Origin: Octopus sinensis
Lineage: Eukaryota
Length of the DNA stretch: 64,000 nucleotides
NCBI RefSeq assembly: GCF_006345805.1
Contig: NC_043003.1
Span: forward strand, 28,768,001-28,832,000
Reading direction: 5' to 3'
The first letter of the stretch is position 1. Each line of letters begins with the position of its first letter. Below the pieces are notes generated by a model. It was given only the letters and a program-made list of their open reading frames with translations. It ran no database searches and was not told the origin of the DNA. This document shows positions 1 to 11,939 of the stretch, in pieces. The translations under genes were made by a program, and so were the position numbers.

Positions 1-192
1 GGCAGAAGTAGGAAGAAAGAGTGAGAGAAAGTTGTGGTGAAAGAATACAGCGGAGTCCCCTTCCCCGCCCGCCGGAGCCTCGTGAAGCTTAGGTGTTTTT
101 GCTCAATAAACACTCACAATGCCCAACCTGGGAATCGAAACCGCGTTCTTACGACCGCGTGTCCGCTGCCCTGACCACTAGCCCATTGCGCC
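1..192 (-). mobile_element. tRNA-derived SINE, working family A (head half; runs off window)
   Basis: Reverse complement begins ggcgcaatgggctagtggtcagggcagcggac...gcggtttcgattccc (A-box and B-box like); homologous to 44300-44641 and to the heads in 12172-12653. Confidence 0.85.
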
Positions 193-711
193 TCCACTGC
201 TGTTGCTGCTGCTGCTGCTGCTCTTGCTGTTCTTATCTCTGCTGTCATCGCTGTTAAATGTGTGAATAGGGTAACGAAATAGGGTTAAATGTGTGAATAG
301 GGTAACATTAGTAGATAGATCGTTTGACATTTCGTTTGCTTTATACAATCAGTATTCAATGCATCTCAATGAAGGACATAAAGTCGTTTACAGATATGTT
401 TGATAAACTTGTAACTATTTATTCATGTGAAATTGTCGGAGAATTAATTATCCGGCAGACTGATGTCTTAGAGATGATGCCACACTATGTTCTTCCATTG
501 CCTTAATTATCCAGTAGAATCACGTGTACATTCACAATTATCCAGTGAACACATATACATATACACATACACACACTAACGTGTGCACCAGACATAGAAC
601 GAAATCTTTATAGTTGGATCTTTGTGATAGGAAAACGTGTCTCCTTTCGTTGGTGTTGGTTTTAATTTGAGATAACGATATATTATGCCGATGTTATCGA
701 AAATTATAAAG

Positions 712-1095
712 GCCACTTGCAGACAGAATCGTTAGCTCGCCGGGAAATTTGCTTATCAGCATTTCGACCGTCATTACGTTCTGAATTCAATATCTGTCAA
801 GGTCGATTTTGCATTTCATCATGGTTGATAAAATGAATGCCAGTTAAGAACTAGGGTCTTGTAATCGAATTGCTGGCTATGCACCAAAACAATATTATTC
901 TTTTCTACTCTAGGCACAAGGTCCGAAATTTTTTGGGAGGAGTACAGTTGATTAGATCGAATCCTGTATACAGCTGGTTCTTAATTTATCGACCCCGAAA
1001 GGAGGAAAGGCAAAATCGACCTAGGCAGAATTTGAACTCAGAACGTAGCGGCGGACGAAATACCACTAAGCATTTCGCCCGGTGTGCTAACGTTT
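712..1095. mobile_element. Two family C SINE-like copies in opposite orientation (about 712-840 +, 885-1095 -)
   Basis: Diagnostic core ttctgagttcaaattc..gtcgactttgcctttcatcctttcggggtcgataaa recognisable on both strands. Confidence 0.75.
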
Positions 1096-1169
1096 ATTGA
1101 CAATTATTAATCACTCAAGGAAAGAAAAACCACTTAGTGTGGAAACTATAGCAGAGAGTATGCCTACAC

Positions 1170-1183
1170 TCACCACACCACAC

Positions 1184-1237
<54 letters not shown>

Positions 1238-1330
1238 CGCGCACACACACACACACAACACACACACATACACACACTCACTCACTCACACAGACAATCA
1301 CATACACAAACACGCACATACACACATATG
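1170..1330. repeat. (CA)n microsatellite, degenerate
   Basis: Direct reading. Confidence 0.95.
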
Positions 1331-1851
1331 CATGAGATCTGGTATACACAACTGAGGTGTTAACTGAAAATAGCCATCTATGTATCATACTTAATGCGTA
1401 CGCAAAGGCAGAAAAGCATCTAATGCTTGCAGTCGCTGCACCTGTTTCAAAATTTCGCCTTTCTCCCAAATATTTATCGTATTTTTAACACTGCAAGTCC
1501 CTGAAGGGTATTACCTGAAGAAAACTACACCAGTAATATCAACATTGTGTTTACATCAAGTATGATCCAATAATGGCTATACATGCATAGATATATATGC
1601 ACGTATACACACATAAAAACACACAAACATACATACATATATGTATGTATATATATATATGTACAGACTCTGATAGCTTGAGACTCAGACTACCAAGGAT
1701 TTTGAATCAAACTATTTTGATCCATACATGTAACTCCCAATAAATGCGTTGAGTGCCCTTCCCTGAACCTCTTATTAATACTTTGCATGTACTACGTCCT
1801 TATGTTGTTGTTTTTTTCTTGTCATTTTTCTCCGTTATTTTGATTAATTAT

Positions 1852-1921
<70 letters not shown>

Positions 1922-1966
1922 CGGCGTTTGTCTACTGATTATGTAGAGTCTGATCACCTCTTGTGC

Positions 1967-2400
1967 CTACACTTTAGATTCATCATGGCGTCCGATGTGG
2001 CTTTTTAAACCAGACGATGCATTGAAAAGACATCCACATAGACTGCATATCCAATTTGGACCGCCAAGAGTTGCAGTTAAGTTCTGATCTTTGTGTGTCT
2101 TAAAATGTCTTCAGAGGCCTCCGTTAGAACTGCAGACCTTATGGCATACACGGCACTGAAATGTGTGCACATATATATAGGCAGAATTGTTGGTGGAGGT
2201 TCGTTTTTCATTGGTCCTCAAATGAGATTTTAGCCCAGCAAAAGAAAGGCATTGTCTGTCACAAATTGTGCAAGCAAAAAGGTCATTGAGATTCACCTTC
2301 TTGATCACAACATTGTTCATTAAATCTCTCTTGAGTCTTGCATCTGTTATCTTGACTTCCTCAAACGCTTTCACTCCACTCCACACTGCTGAGGTGATTC
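1967..2400 (-). pseudogene. RTE-clade LINE ORF2 C-terminus with three C2H2-like fingers, one in-frame TGA
   Basis: SAVWSGVKAFEEVKITDARLKR (RTE-type C-terminus), then CTIC..H, CRVC..GGL*RHFKTH, CSLC..HIGRH, stop at 1967-1969; short 3' UTR and (AC)n tail at 1863-1918. Confidence 0.75.
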
Positions 2401-2671
2401 TAAAATACAACACATAAAAACCTAACTGTATATCTTTTTTCTACCCTTTTGAAGAGATTTTGCCGAATATAATGATTTTGCTAATTACTATTTAATCTAT
2501 TAGGCCTAACTGAAACAGCTGTAAGAGACTATGCTTGATTTTTGCCGATAATAATGTTTTTTTAAATATAATATCTCTATTTTCTTACTTTCTTTTCAAT
2601 GATTATAAACCATGATTTATATTTAAACCTATTGTTTTATGAACAAATATTAGGTCTTAAACCAGTAATTC

Positions 2672-2748
<77 letters not shown>

Positions 2749-3613
2749 CATACATAATACATACATACATACATACATACATAATACATACATACATACA
2801 TACATGCATACATACAAGGCTTAAAAGACTGAGAACTGGGTTGAACTTTTTTTGATTGAATGTTTCAAAGTTCTGTTCCAGCATGGTCGCAATCCAGTGA
2901 GTGAATCAAGTAATATATAAAAGATTCGTGTGAATATGAAATGTTTAATTCTTGTCTGGAATATTATTAGAGCTATACTGTGGAGCAAAACGCAAATAAA
3001 TTATCTTTTCTAATTGCCAATATCTTTTATCTGTTGCAACCAGCTTCAATCTCATGTATTAGACTACAATACAACAGTAATTTCTAACAATATTCATTAT
3101 TCACAGTACAATCTGTCATTAACTATTCATTTAACATTACCGTTACATTGCATTATCTAAGAAGATAACTGAACCGTAGAATCACAAACAACTTTCTTTA
3201 AGAACACATTAATCCGTAAAAGCACATCTGAAAGAAGAAAAAAAACAAGATATATCAACAAATAAAACAATGAACTTGAAACACGTGCAAACAATGTTGA
3301 TGTTTTATCTTTCTCGTATAATTTTGTATTAAATCTCTAAGCTCGTGTACGCGATGTATATCACATGTGTACGTATGGGGTGTGTGTGTGTGTGTGTGGT
3401 GTGTGAGTGTGTTCTTTTGAGAAATAGTGGATCTCGAAGCAAATAAGGCAATAATTTTAGGGTGTAAATATTGTATTAAAATATAGAAATAAGCGAAAGC
3501 TGCCCGTGGGACATGCTATTATTTATAGTATTATTTTCTTCGAGACCCACTGCTACCAAAATAGAATTATTTCAAGTCCTTTCGAAGATTCTAAGTCGTT
3601 ATGACGTCATCAA

Positions 3614-3695
<82 letters not shown>

Positions 3696-3744
3696 CCTAC
3701 CTACATACCTATCTATCTATCTATCTATCCATCTATCTATAATT

Positions 3745-3783
<39 letters not shown>

Positions 3784-3812
3784 CACACATATAATATATA
3801 CATATACGCGCT

Positions 3813-3846
<34 letters not shown>

Positions 3847-4379
3847 TATTTTATATATAAATAGTAGCGATAGAAGCAGTATTAACACCAAGATGTAATA
3901 TTCATCCCCACTTAAAAGTGGATGCTGTGTTAGAACACAGGTTACTGCGATAGTTACCGTGAGAAAACCTCTCGAATCGGCTTCTCCTGCAATATAAGCA
4001 CTCTTGTTTACGTCGCTAGCCGGGACACAAATCACCGCCACCACTGAGACTACTATGTGGTTTGGTGGTTTGTTTGTTTATTTCGTTTTATCGTTTAGTA
4101 GTGCGCATGACTATTTTCCGAAGGTCCGAGTTTGAATGAGGAGTGGTAAGAAAGTCTCCTTAAACCACGGACCTGTTTCGAATGCTTGCATTAAACCAGA
4201 GTGCACTATGCTAGATGTACCAAAGAGCCTAGTGGTGATGTTAAAGCGTGTTAGGAACAGTAATCCATTCCGTTAACGTAAAAAAAGAAAAGAAATTATA
4301 AACGATAATGCATTCCAACATATAAAAGCAACTTGCCCAGTGTTTTGGGCATTGAGCTCATAGTCGTTAGGTCGTGTTT

Positions 4380-4545
4380 TCTATTCTCGAGGCGAGCAGA
4401 GCATTGCGGCATTGAACAAGACACCTCATTTAACCTTCCACCAGCATACATAATCGAAAATGAGTACCAGTGAAAACTGAGCGAGTGGTGAGGGATTAGT
4501 CCACAATGGACTAGCATCCCGTTCAGTATCTCAGCGTGTTGGGTG
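4380..4545 (+). mobile_element. Old SINE relic with V-domain-like motif
   Basis: aatggactagcatcccgttcag resembles gcgatggactggcgtcccgtccag at 33621; upstream aaaatgagtacc. Confidence 0.4.
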
Positions 4546-5116
4546 GCGGGGAAATAAGTCAGTTTTATATTGTCAGCTTAGACACCATGCAAATCTGGAT
4601 TAATTACGATATATGCGCAGGTCTACGCATGTTATTACCCTACCCTACATAGCTGAGCCAAGATAACAAAGGTATACTGTCACCCATTTCTCCCCGTGTC
4701 CTGATGAAGAAGTTCTAACCCCCGAAATACTGAAGGAATACATGCTAAAGCATTAACTGTTGTTCTGATTTCACGTCTGTATTTCGTTTATTTTTCATTG
4801 TGTAGGCATTTTAACAAGTTTTAATTTATTGTGTGTGTGTGGCTATACGAAGATAATGCGTTATGCATGTATTCGATATGTTTCCATAAAGCTTTGACCG
4901 ACCCAAGTCCATGATAGAATGCATTTGTCCAAAGTTCTTCGCAGCGATATCGAACCTGGAACCACGTCATAAGAAAGTAAGCTTCTTAAACTTACGGCTA
5001 TGCCATCAGATGACTAATTCAGATAGACACAGAAATAGCTACGTTCCTTACTTGTCATTAATAATCCTGTATTTTTTAAAAAATATCTTTGAAAATTCTT
5101 ATATCTTAAAAATATT

Positions 5117-5505
5117 GGTGACCAGGCAGAATTGCTAGAGCGTCGAAAGAAATACTGTGCGGAATTCCTTACGGTTTTTATTTCTTGAGTTCAAATCCTG
5201 TCGAGGTCAACTTTGCCCTCATTCTTTCGTGTTCAATAAAATAAGATATCAGTCAAGTATTAGAGTCTTTATTGTCGCTTAACACCCAAACTTTAATAAT
5301 TGCTGTCGTTGTACCTAAAATAAAACGATTGTTATATCATAATTACCAGTTACCTTGCTCGGAAACTGATGAGGGTTGGCAATAGGAAGAGCATCTCACC
5401 ACAGAAAATTTGTTCCCAAAAATTTTATCTCACCCATGTAAGATCGGACAAGTGGGCGCTAAATGATGATGGTGTTAATGATGATGGTGTTAATGATGAT
5501 GGTGC
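5117..5505 (+). mobile_element. Family C relic followed by a fragment with an RTE-like 3' tail ending in (GAT)n-like repeats
   Basis: gggttggcaataggaagagcatc and gggcgctaaatgatgatgg match the sense-strand 3' end of the RTE at 23957-24115 (gttggcgttaggaagggcatcc; ggacgttaaacggtgatgatg). Confidence 0.6.
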
Positions 5506-6923
5506 TGAATCGCTGGAGAAAGAGCAACACCCATAAGCTTTCTGAAATTTCTCTGAGTAGGATAATGAGAAAAGGGAGATGACTATATCCTTATCCACGG
5601 GTTGCCCACAGAGCAGAGACAAAGTGTAAATACTTGAAGGTATAAATTTTTGGAAAACTTGTATTTCCGAAGGAACGGAAGTTTGAGTTTAGTAATTCTG
5701 TTGTGGTGAATGTTTCATAAACTTAAGGAAGAGTACAACTTACGTAAGATAACCAGGAAGATACAGAAGCTAATATATTAATGAAATTTTACCTTCTTCC
5801 TTAGTTTAATGTTTCAATTTGGAATGTATGCTCACTTACCTTTGAAAGTCGAATACGTACATGCATGTATGAATGACGGAATGCACCGTTTACGTAATAG
5901 ATTTTTCCTGTTCGACATTGTAGGTGGCTGTTAAAAACATCTGTGATGACTTTTGCTGTGTTTTACTACGCAAAAATTTCTTTACTCTTTTATTTATTTC
6001 AGGCAGTGGACTGCGGTCATGCTGGAGCACTGTCTGGTGACGATAACATAAGTACCGGACTTAAACAAAGAATGAGCCCTAGTGTCGACATGTTCGACCA
6101 AACCCTTCAAGGAAATGCCCAAGCATGACCGCAGTCCAATGACTGAAACGAGGAAAATAAGTAAAAGAACAAAAGATGGGGATAGACATACCTCAGTACT
6201 TTTATTAGTAATATGTGTCATATACGGAAAATCCTAGATTAGGAATTGCAGTAGAAAAATTCTAAGAATATTTTGTGTATTCTAGAAGTATAAACAATTT
6301 ATTGCTCATACATTTTGACGATAAAATCTTACATGGAGTCTCATGGATCATATGTACCCCGGTTGAGAACCACTGTTCCAGAAAATTGCCTTTTCAATAA
6401 CTGTGTTCTGAACCATTTTTTATTTACTGAGACAGAAGGAAAAGCCTTCGATGATTACTACTACAAGAAGAAGAGTTTGTCTGGTATTCATTAACCAGCT
6501 CAGTTACTAACGAACTAATTAACAAGTAATTAACAAATAAATAAATAATAAAACAAAGATGGTAATGCAGAGATTTTAAAGATAGTATACCTTTTTATAT
6601 CGAAGAGTTATGTTCCTAATTGCTGAATTAAAAATGAATTAATATAACATTTCAATACGTCAGAAGTAGTCTCAACTTTCATTGGGTCATAATTAAATCG
6701 GATTGTTGCTTTCATAGAAAACAGGATATTAAGACTACTTTTCCTCCGATTGGAACTCAGGACCCGTTTTGCAACAAAATAGAAGATATGTTAAGAGGAA
6801 CAATAGAATATTAAAAAAAAACCTTCATAAACACGAACATTATTGTCTTGAGATGTGAGTTAGTTTTCTTAAAAGTTTATCAATTCCATAATATGCAAAG
6901 ACTCGTACAATGTGAGAGTGTAT

Positions 6924-7068
6924 GCAGCCAAAACTTGACTCTAAAACCACATTAAAGGTTCATACAGCACCAGGAGAGAAGACAAAAGGACAAAATAAAC
7001 TAGCAAAAAATTACTCTCCTGGTGCTGTGTGAACATTTAATGTGGTTTTAGAGTCAAGTTTTGGCTGC
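6924..7068. repeat. Inverted repeat, 55-bp arms (6924-6978, 7014-7068), 35-nt loop
   Basis: Arms reverse-complementary with 2 mismatches by manual alignment. Confidence 0.95.
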
Positions 7069-7185
7069 TATTTCCAGCGTGGTGGTATCTCTTAGATACC
7101 CTAAATTATAATTTTAATAATAATTATATATATATATATGTAGGACTGCCACATTTAGTTGGCAAATATATTTTACGATTTCGTA

Positions 7186-7242
<57 letters not shown>

Positions 7243-7762
7243 ATATGCGTGTGTGTATTCTAATATATGTGTATATATACTAATATTATATATATATATG
7301 TACATATATGTATGCGTATTTACCTATATATAAACTCACAAACACATACACGACATACATACACATAAATATGTATGTGCGTGTGTGCTTATGTATTTAT
7401 GTGTGTGTGTATGTGTGTATGCATTTATGTATGTATATACGCATGTGCATCTTGAAGTCTATCTTTTCCCATAATCCACCCAGGGTATTTGTCTGTCAAC
7501 ACAGTACATCCTACGTAGCTGCTTGTTTGTTTTTCCACAGTTCCAGTTTTGCAGTCTCAGTGATAAACCTAATGTGATAACATAACTGATACAAGCAGTT
7601 TATCATATCAAGTTCCCTACTTCTTGACGTCTATCTAGATTTATCACATCAAAGACGGATGTTGTTTGTTCATAAGTGTCCAACTTTCTGTTTGTTTATT
7701 CCACCATTATTAATATTACAATAGTTCTCTGCAGCTGTTGTTGTTTTCTTACCATTATATAA

Positions 7763-8085
7763 GGGCGCTCAGTGGTCAGAGCATCGGGCTCATAATCATG
7801 AGGTAGTAATTTCGATTCCCGGACTGGACTGTGTGTTACGTTCTTTACTTCACGTTGCTCCAGTTCACTCAACTATAGAAATGAGTTGCAGCGTCACTGG
7901 GGCCAAGCTGTACTAGTCCTTGTCTTTCCTTTTCCCTTGAATAACATCAGTGGCATGGAGAGGGGAGGCTGGTATGCATGGGCGACTGCTGGTCTTCCAT
8001 AAACAACCTTGCCCGGACTTGTGTGCCTCGGAGGAGAACTTTCTAGGTGCATCCCATGGTCACTTATTACGGAAGGGGTTCTTTA
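7763..8085 (+). mobile_element. tRNA-derived SINE, family B
   Basis: ggcgctcagtggtcagagc...ttcgattcccgg head; body ttcacgttgctccagttcactc...cccatggtc...gaagggg; copies at 16808, 38450, 45080. Confidence 0.85.
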
Positions 8086-9420
8086 GTCAGAATCGTTAGC
8101 AGGTCGGACCAAATGCTTACCGGCGCTACGTCCGTCCTTACGTTCTGAGTTCAAATTCCGCTGTCGTCAGTTTAGTATTCCATCCCTTTGGAGTCAATAA
8201 ATCAAGCACCAGTTGTTGTAATCCACTTACCCACTTTCCCGAAATTGCCGGCAGCGACCTGGCAGAATCGTTAGCACATCGGACCAAATACTTACCGGCA
8301 TTGTGACCGTCTTTATGATCTGAGTTTAGATTCCGCCGTGATCGACTTTGCTGTTCATCATATCGGAGTCGATAAAATAAGTACCAGTTGAGCATTGGGA
8401 GTCGATGTAGCCAACCTACCCATCCACCCGCTTCCCTGAAATTGCTGGCCTTGTATGAAAATACTTGTATGAAAATACTTACTAATGTTACTGCCAAGAC
8501 TGTTAGCTGGCAGTATTGTTAGCACACCGGACCAAATTCTTACCGGCGCTGCGTCTCTCTTTATATTCTGAGTTCAAATTCCACCGTGGTTGACTTTGTT
8601 TTTCATCATATTGGGGTCAATATCATTTGTATAATTCGGGCACTGGAATCGACGTAATCGACTTACCCGTTCCCACGAAATTGCTGGCCTTGTGCTTATA
8701 GTAGAAAGACTTATTACTGCTATTGCCAAGGTGGCGAGCTGGCAGAATCTTTAGCGTGCCAGGCAAAATACTTAGTGGTGATTCTTTAGTCTTCTCAGTA
8801 CAAAGTAATGTCGAATTCGGCAGGATTGTAATCGACTTCTTCCTTCCCTAAAATTGCTGGCGTTGTGCCAAAATTTGAAACCATTTAGGTGCGGAGTTGA
8901 CAGAACTGTTAGCGCGCCGGACATAATGCTTAACGGTTTTTCTTTCGACTCTTTATGTTCTGAATTCAAATTGCGCCGAGGTCGATAAAATAACTAACAT
9001 TTGAGACTGGAGTCCCTACAAAATTTCAAGCCTTGTATTTATAGTAGAAAGGACTATTTCTACTGTTGTCAAGTTAACAGATTAATATACTTATTACAGC
9101 CTCGGACTAGATACCTTACGGTATTCCTTTCAGCAATCTACATTCTGAGATCAAACCCCGCAGGGGTCCACTTGACCATTTATCCTTTATGGGTTAATAA
9201 TATATGATACCAGTTAAGTTTTGGATTGGTACAGTCAGTAGAATATCGGACAAACCATTTTTAGCGGTATTTCTAGCGAGTTGTTATAATCTCAGTTCAA
9301 ATCCCACCAAGATCAACATTGCTTTTTATCATTTGGAAAGACAATCAATACAGTACCAGTCATGCATTGAGGGCCACTAATCCCTCAGTTTTCGTGCTTG
9401 ATGCCCGAGAAAAACAATTT
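8086..9420 (+). mobile_element. Cluster of about 7 same-orientation degenerate family C copies
   Basis: Recurring ggcagaatcgttagc / ttctgagttcaaattcc / aagtaccag motifs near 8090, 8260, 8505, 8735, 8895, 9075, 9230. Confidence 0.75.
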
Positions 9421-9974
9421 TTACGATTTTTATCGTTGCTGCTGTTAATGATGATGGTGATGATGATGATAATGATTATGACGTGATGATGAAGTCTAGG
9501 CGTACCGTTATCATGTAAGTATTTGATAAAAGCTTTCCAGTCGGGATCATCTCGTCCTTTATTACTTGTGTTGTCTTCAGATGTAATTCACTAGGAGGTG
9601 ATTCGGGAAAGAAGTTTGGTTACTATGTCTAGCAGATCTAGCAATCAATCAGAGGCTTCTGCTTTGACTCAGATAACACGGATAAAGTCTAGTGCAGTGT
9701 TTAAATTAGCAGGATACAGTTGCTGTTGTTGTCCTTTTATTTTTTGTTATTGTTGTTGTAGTTGTAGTTGTTGTAGTTGTTGTGTTTGTTGTGGTGGTAT
9801 TTTAGCTTCCATATCTACTCTGACTATGAGGATCAAGGTTCGACAATGGTCTCACAGAACATGAATAAACAACCGAGGTATCCTCTACGCGCATCGAGTT
9901 TTTTGTTCTAAAAAAACAAACTACTTCAAATTAAATGTCATTTGAGGGTCATTGAGTAGCAGACACCTTTTAGA

Positions 9975-11765
9975 TGGTTAACTAGAAGTGAACTAAGCAG
10001 CGTTGCTCAAAGTATAAGTGTGTACACATTCGTATACACTCAAATGTGCATTCGTTATGGAAATTACCTCGGGGAAGAAATTCTCCTTGTAGACAATATG
10101 TGGGAAAAACAAATCACTGGGTTATGAATGACGTCATCAGACCGTAGGACACGTGTGTTTTTCCCGATATATATATATTTTTATTTAAATATAATTACAA
10201 TCAATAATATTTACAATTCACTGACAAAATTCAGCACAGAATTTTGTCAGTAAACAATAGCAATTTCAAAGTGACGAAAATATTTTGACAAATTAAATTT
10301 AAATGTTGACGTGAATCTAGCGGTTTTTGTGTGCTTTTAAATGGCTTATAAGAAAGGAGAGAAGAAAAAGCAGAAAAAGAGAAAATTAAGCTATGAAATT
10401 TATATTCTTTCGATTTCCTGTAATTCAGACCGCCTCATAGCAAAGGCGTTGCCCCGGAAGATGGCGATGAAGATGTGCTGGAAGAGCCACTTTGACTCAC
10501 GGGGCTCGCACTTGTAGATAGCCATATCTGTCCCAGTAGCAGTGGCTATTGGGTGGTGAGGGTGGGGGTAAGAATACCAGAGGTTCTACCATAAACCTGC
10601 TACAGATTCTATCATAATCCTATCAGAGAGCGACCGATACTTTGACGAGCAGCGGAATCTGAGCTGGTAGCTGAACACGCCAATTTGCCACTGGAGAAGG
10701 TCTCACAGCATGTGACATCTCAGTTTCGTATCATCAGCTACGAACGCCAAATCCGTCGTTCACGACGACCCACTAGGAGCTGCTGATCTTGTACTGAAAT
10801 AACAAATAGTAAATTTTCAGGTGTGCACAAATCTTTGCAAAATTGGAATTAATTAACTAAGGTTACACGAAGCAGCGTTGGTTAAAATATAAGTGAGTAC
10901 AATTATATTGAACACGTTTGTGCACACTCACACGTATAAAGACCTTCGCTCAGAAACTGGCACGGGAGAGAAATTCTCCTTCCTTACTGACAATGTTCGT
11001 AAAAAACGTACCACTCAGCTATGAATGGTGTTAGACAGTAGAATATCTAGTTTATGAAGTACATCATCGCACCGTAGGACACGTGTTTCTGTATCGTTGT
11101 GCTTCATCCCCTGTGGATACGGAATCCATAGGACACAGACCATTAAGAAATGCCTCTTAAACTTTAAAGTGATCTAAATTAAAACCTTCCATCAAAATTT
11201 CACGCTAGGCCGTGGGTTCGATTCATGACCGAGCAGTGTGTTGTACTTTAGAGCAAAACATTTCATTTCATGTTAGCTGTAAATGGCTAATCCTGCGAGA
11301 GACTAATGTTGGCCTGCTCACCAAGTCAATGATGTGGCATCATTCGAAAGCTAAAACGATACATAAGTGCATTGTAACCAGCGATATATAACAACACCCC
11401 ATAGTCTATTTGACCATGCGATCACGTGATATGTTCGAAATGTCAGCTTAATAATGACAAATCTATTTAAGTAAAATTTTTAATATTGTCAAACTTAATT
11501 GGAATATAGGCAATCTGTTTCTACTTTGTGCAAAGCTTTGTCAAGCTAGAGTTGATTAAGTGGATGTGCGCAAAGCAATTTGATTGTAATATATATCTAT
11601 ACAGATATGTTTAACAAGTTGCTCTACATTCAAACATAGAATAATGGATTCAGTATCAGAACCTGGTGAAACATAACGGTGCGCCAACACGTGTCCTACG
11701 GTCCGATGAGGTCATTCATAGCCCAGTGGTGTTTTTCGCACACATATACTCTATAATCCACTCAC
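9975..11765. repeat. Unclassified repeat, three diverged copies (about 9975-10160 +, 10865-11090 +, 11680-11765 -)
   Basis: Shared motifs gcagcgttg..aaa.tataagtg, agaaattctcctt, tatgaatg, accgtaggacacgtgt. Confidence 0.65.
10430..10760 (-). pseudogene. CRE-like non-LTR retrotransposon restriction-like endonuclease relic
   Basis: Minus-strand translations (W>*)DVTCCETFSSG..., KYRSL, EPRESKWLFQHIFIAIFRGNAFA resemble the CRE-type C-terminal motifs WDVTC and PRE..FL.QR.S.AIQRGNA; frameshifted. Confidence 0.65.
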
Positions 11766-11939
11766 ATGGTTTTGTACGGCTCGAGGCTATAGCAGAAGAC
11801 ACTTGCCCAAGGTGCCACGCAGTGGGGCAGAACCCAGAACAGTGTGGTTGGGAAGCAAGATTCTTACCACACAGCCACGCCTGCGCTTATTAGCTGATAA
11901 CTTTTATAAGGTTGAACTACCAATTAGATACATTTTCGT

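Noticed and set aside
253-306. 23-bp direct repeat gttaaatgtgtgaatagggtaac
   Set aside because: Two copies only; simple local slippage.
4685-4725. ctgatgaag...cccgaaata hammerhead-like motif (similar relic on - strand near 42510-42540)
   Set aside because: Stem II mismatched, no UH at the expected position, no stem I; at most a decayed relic.
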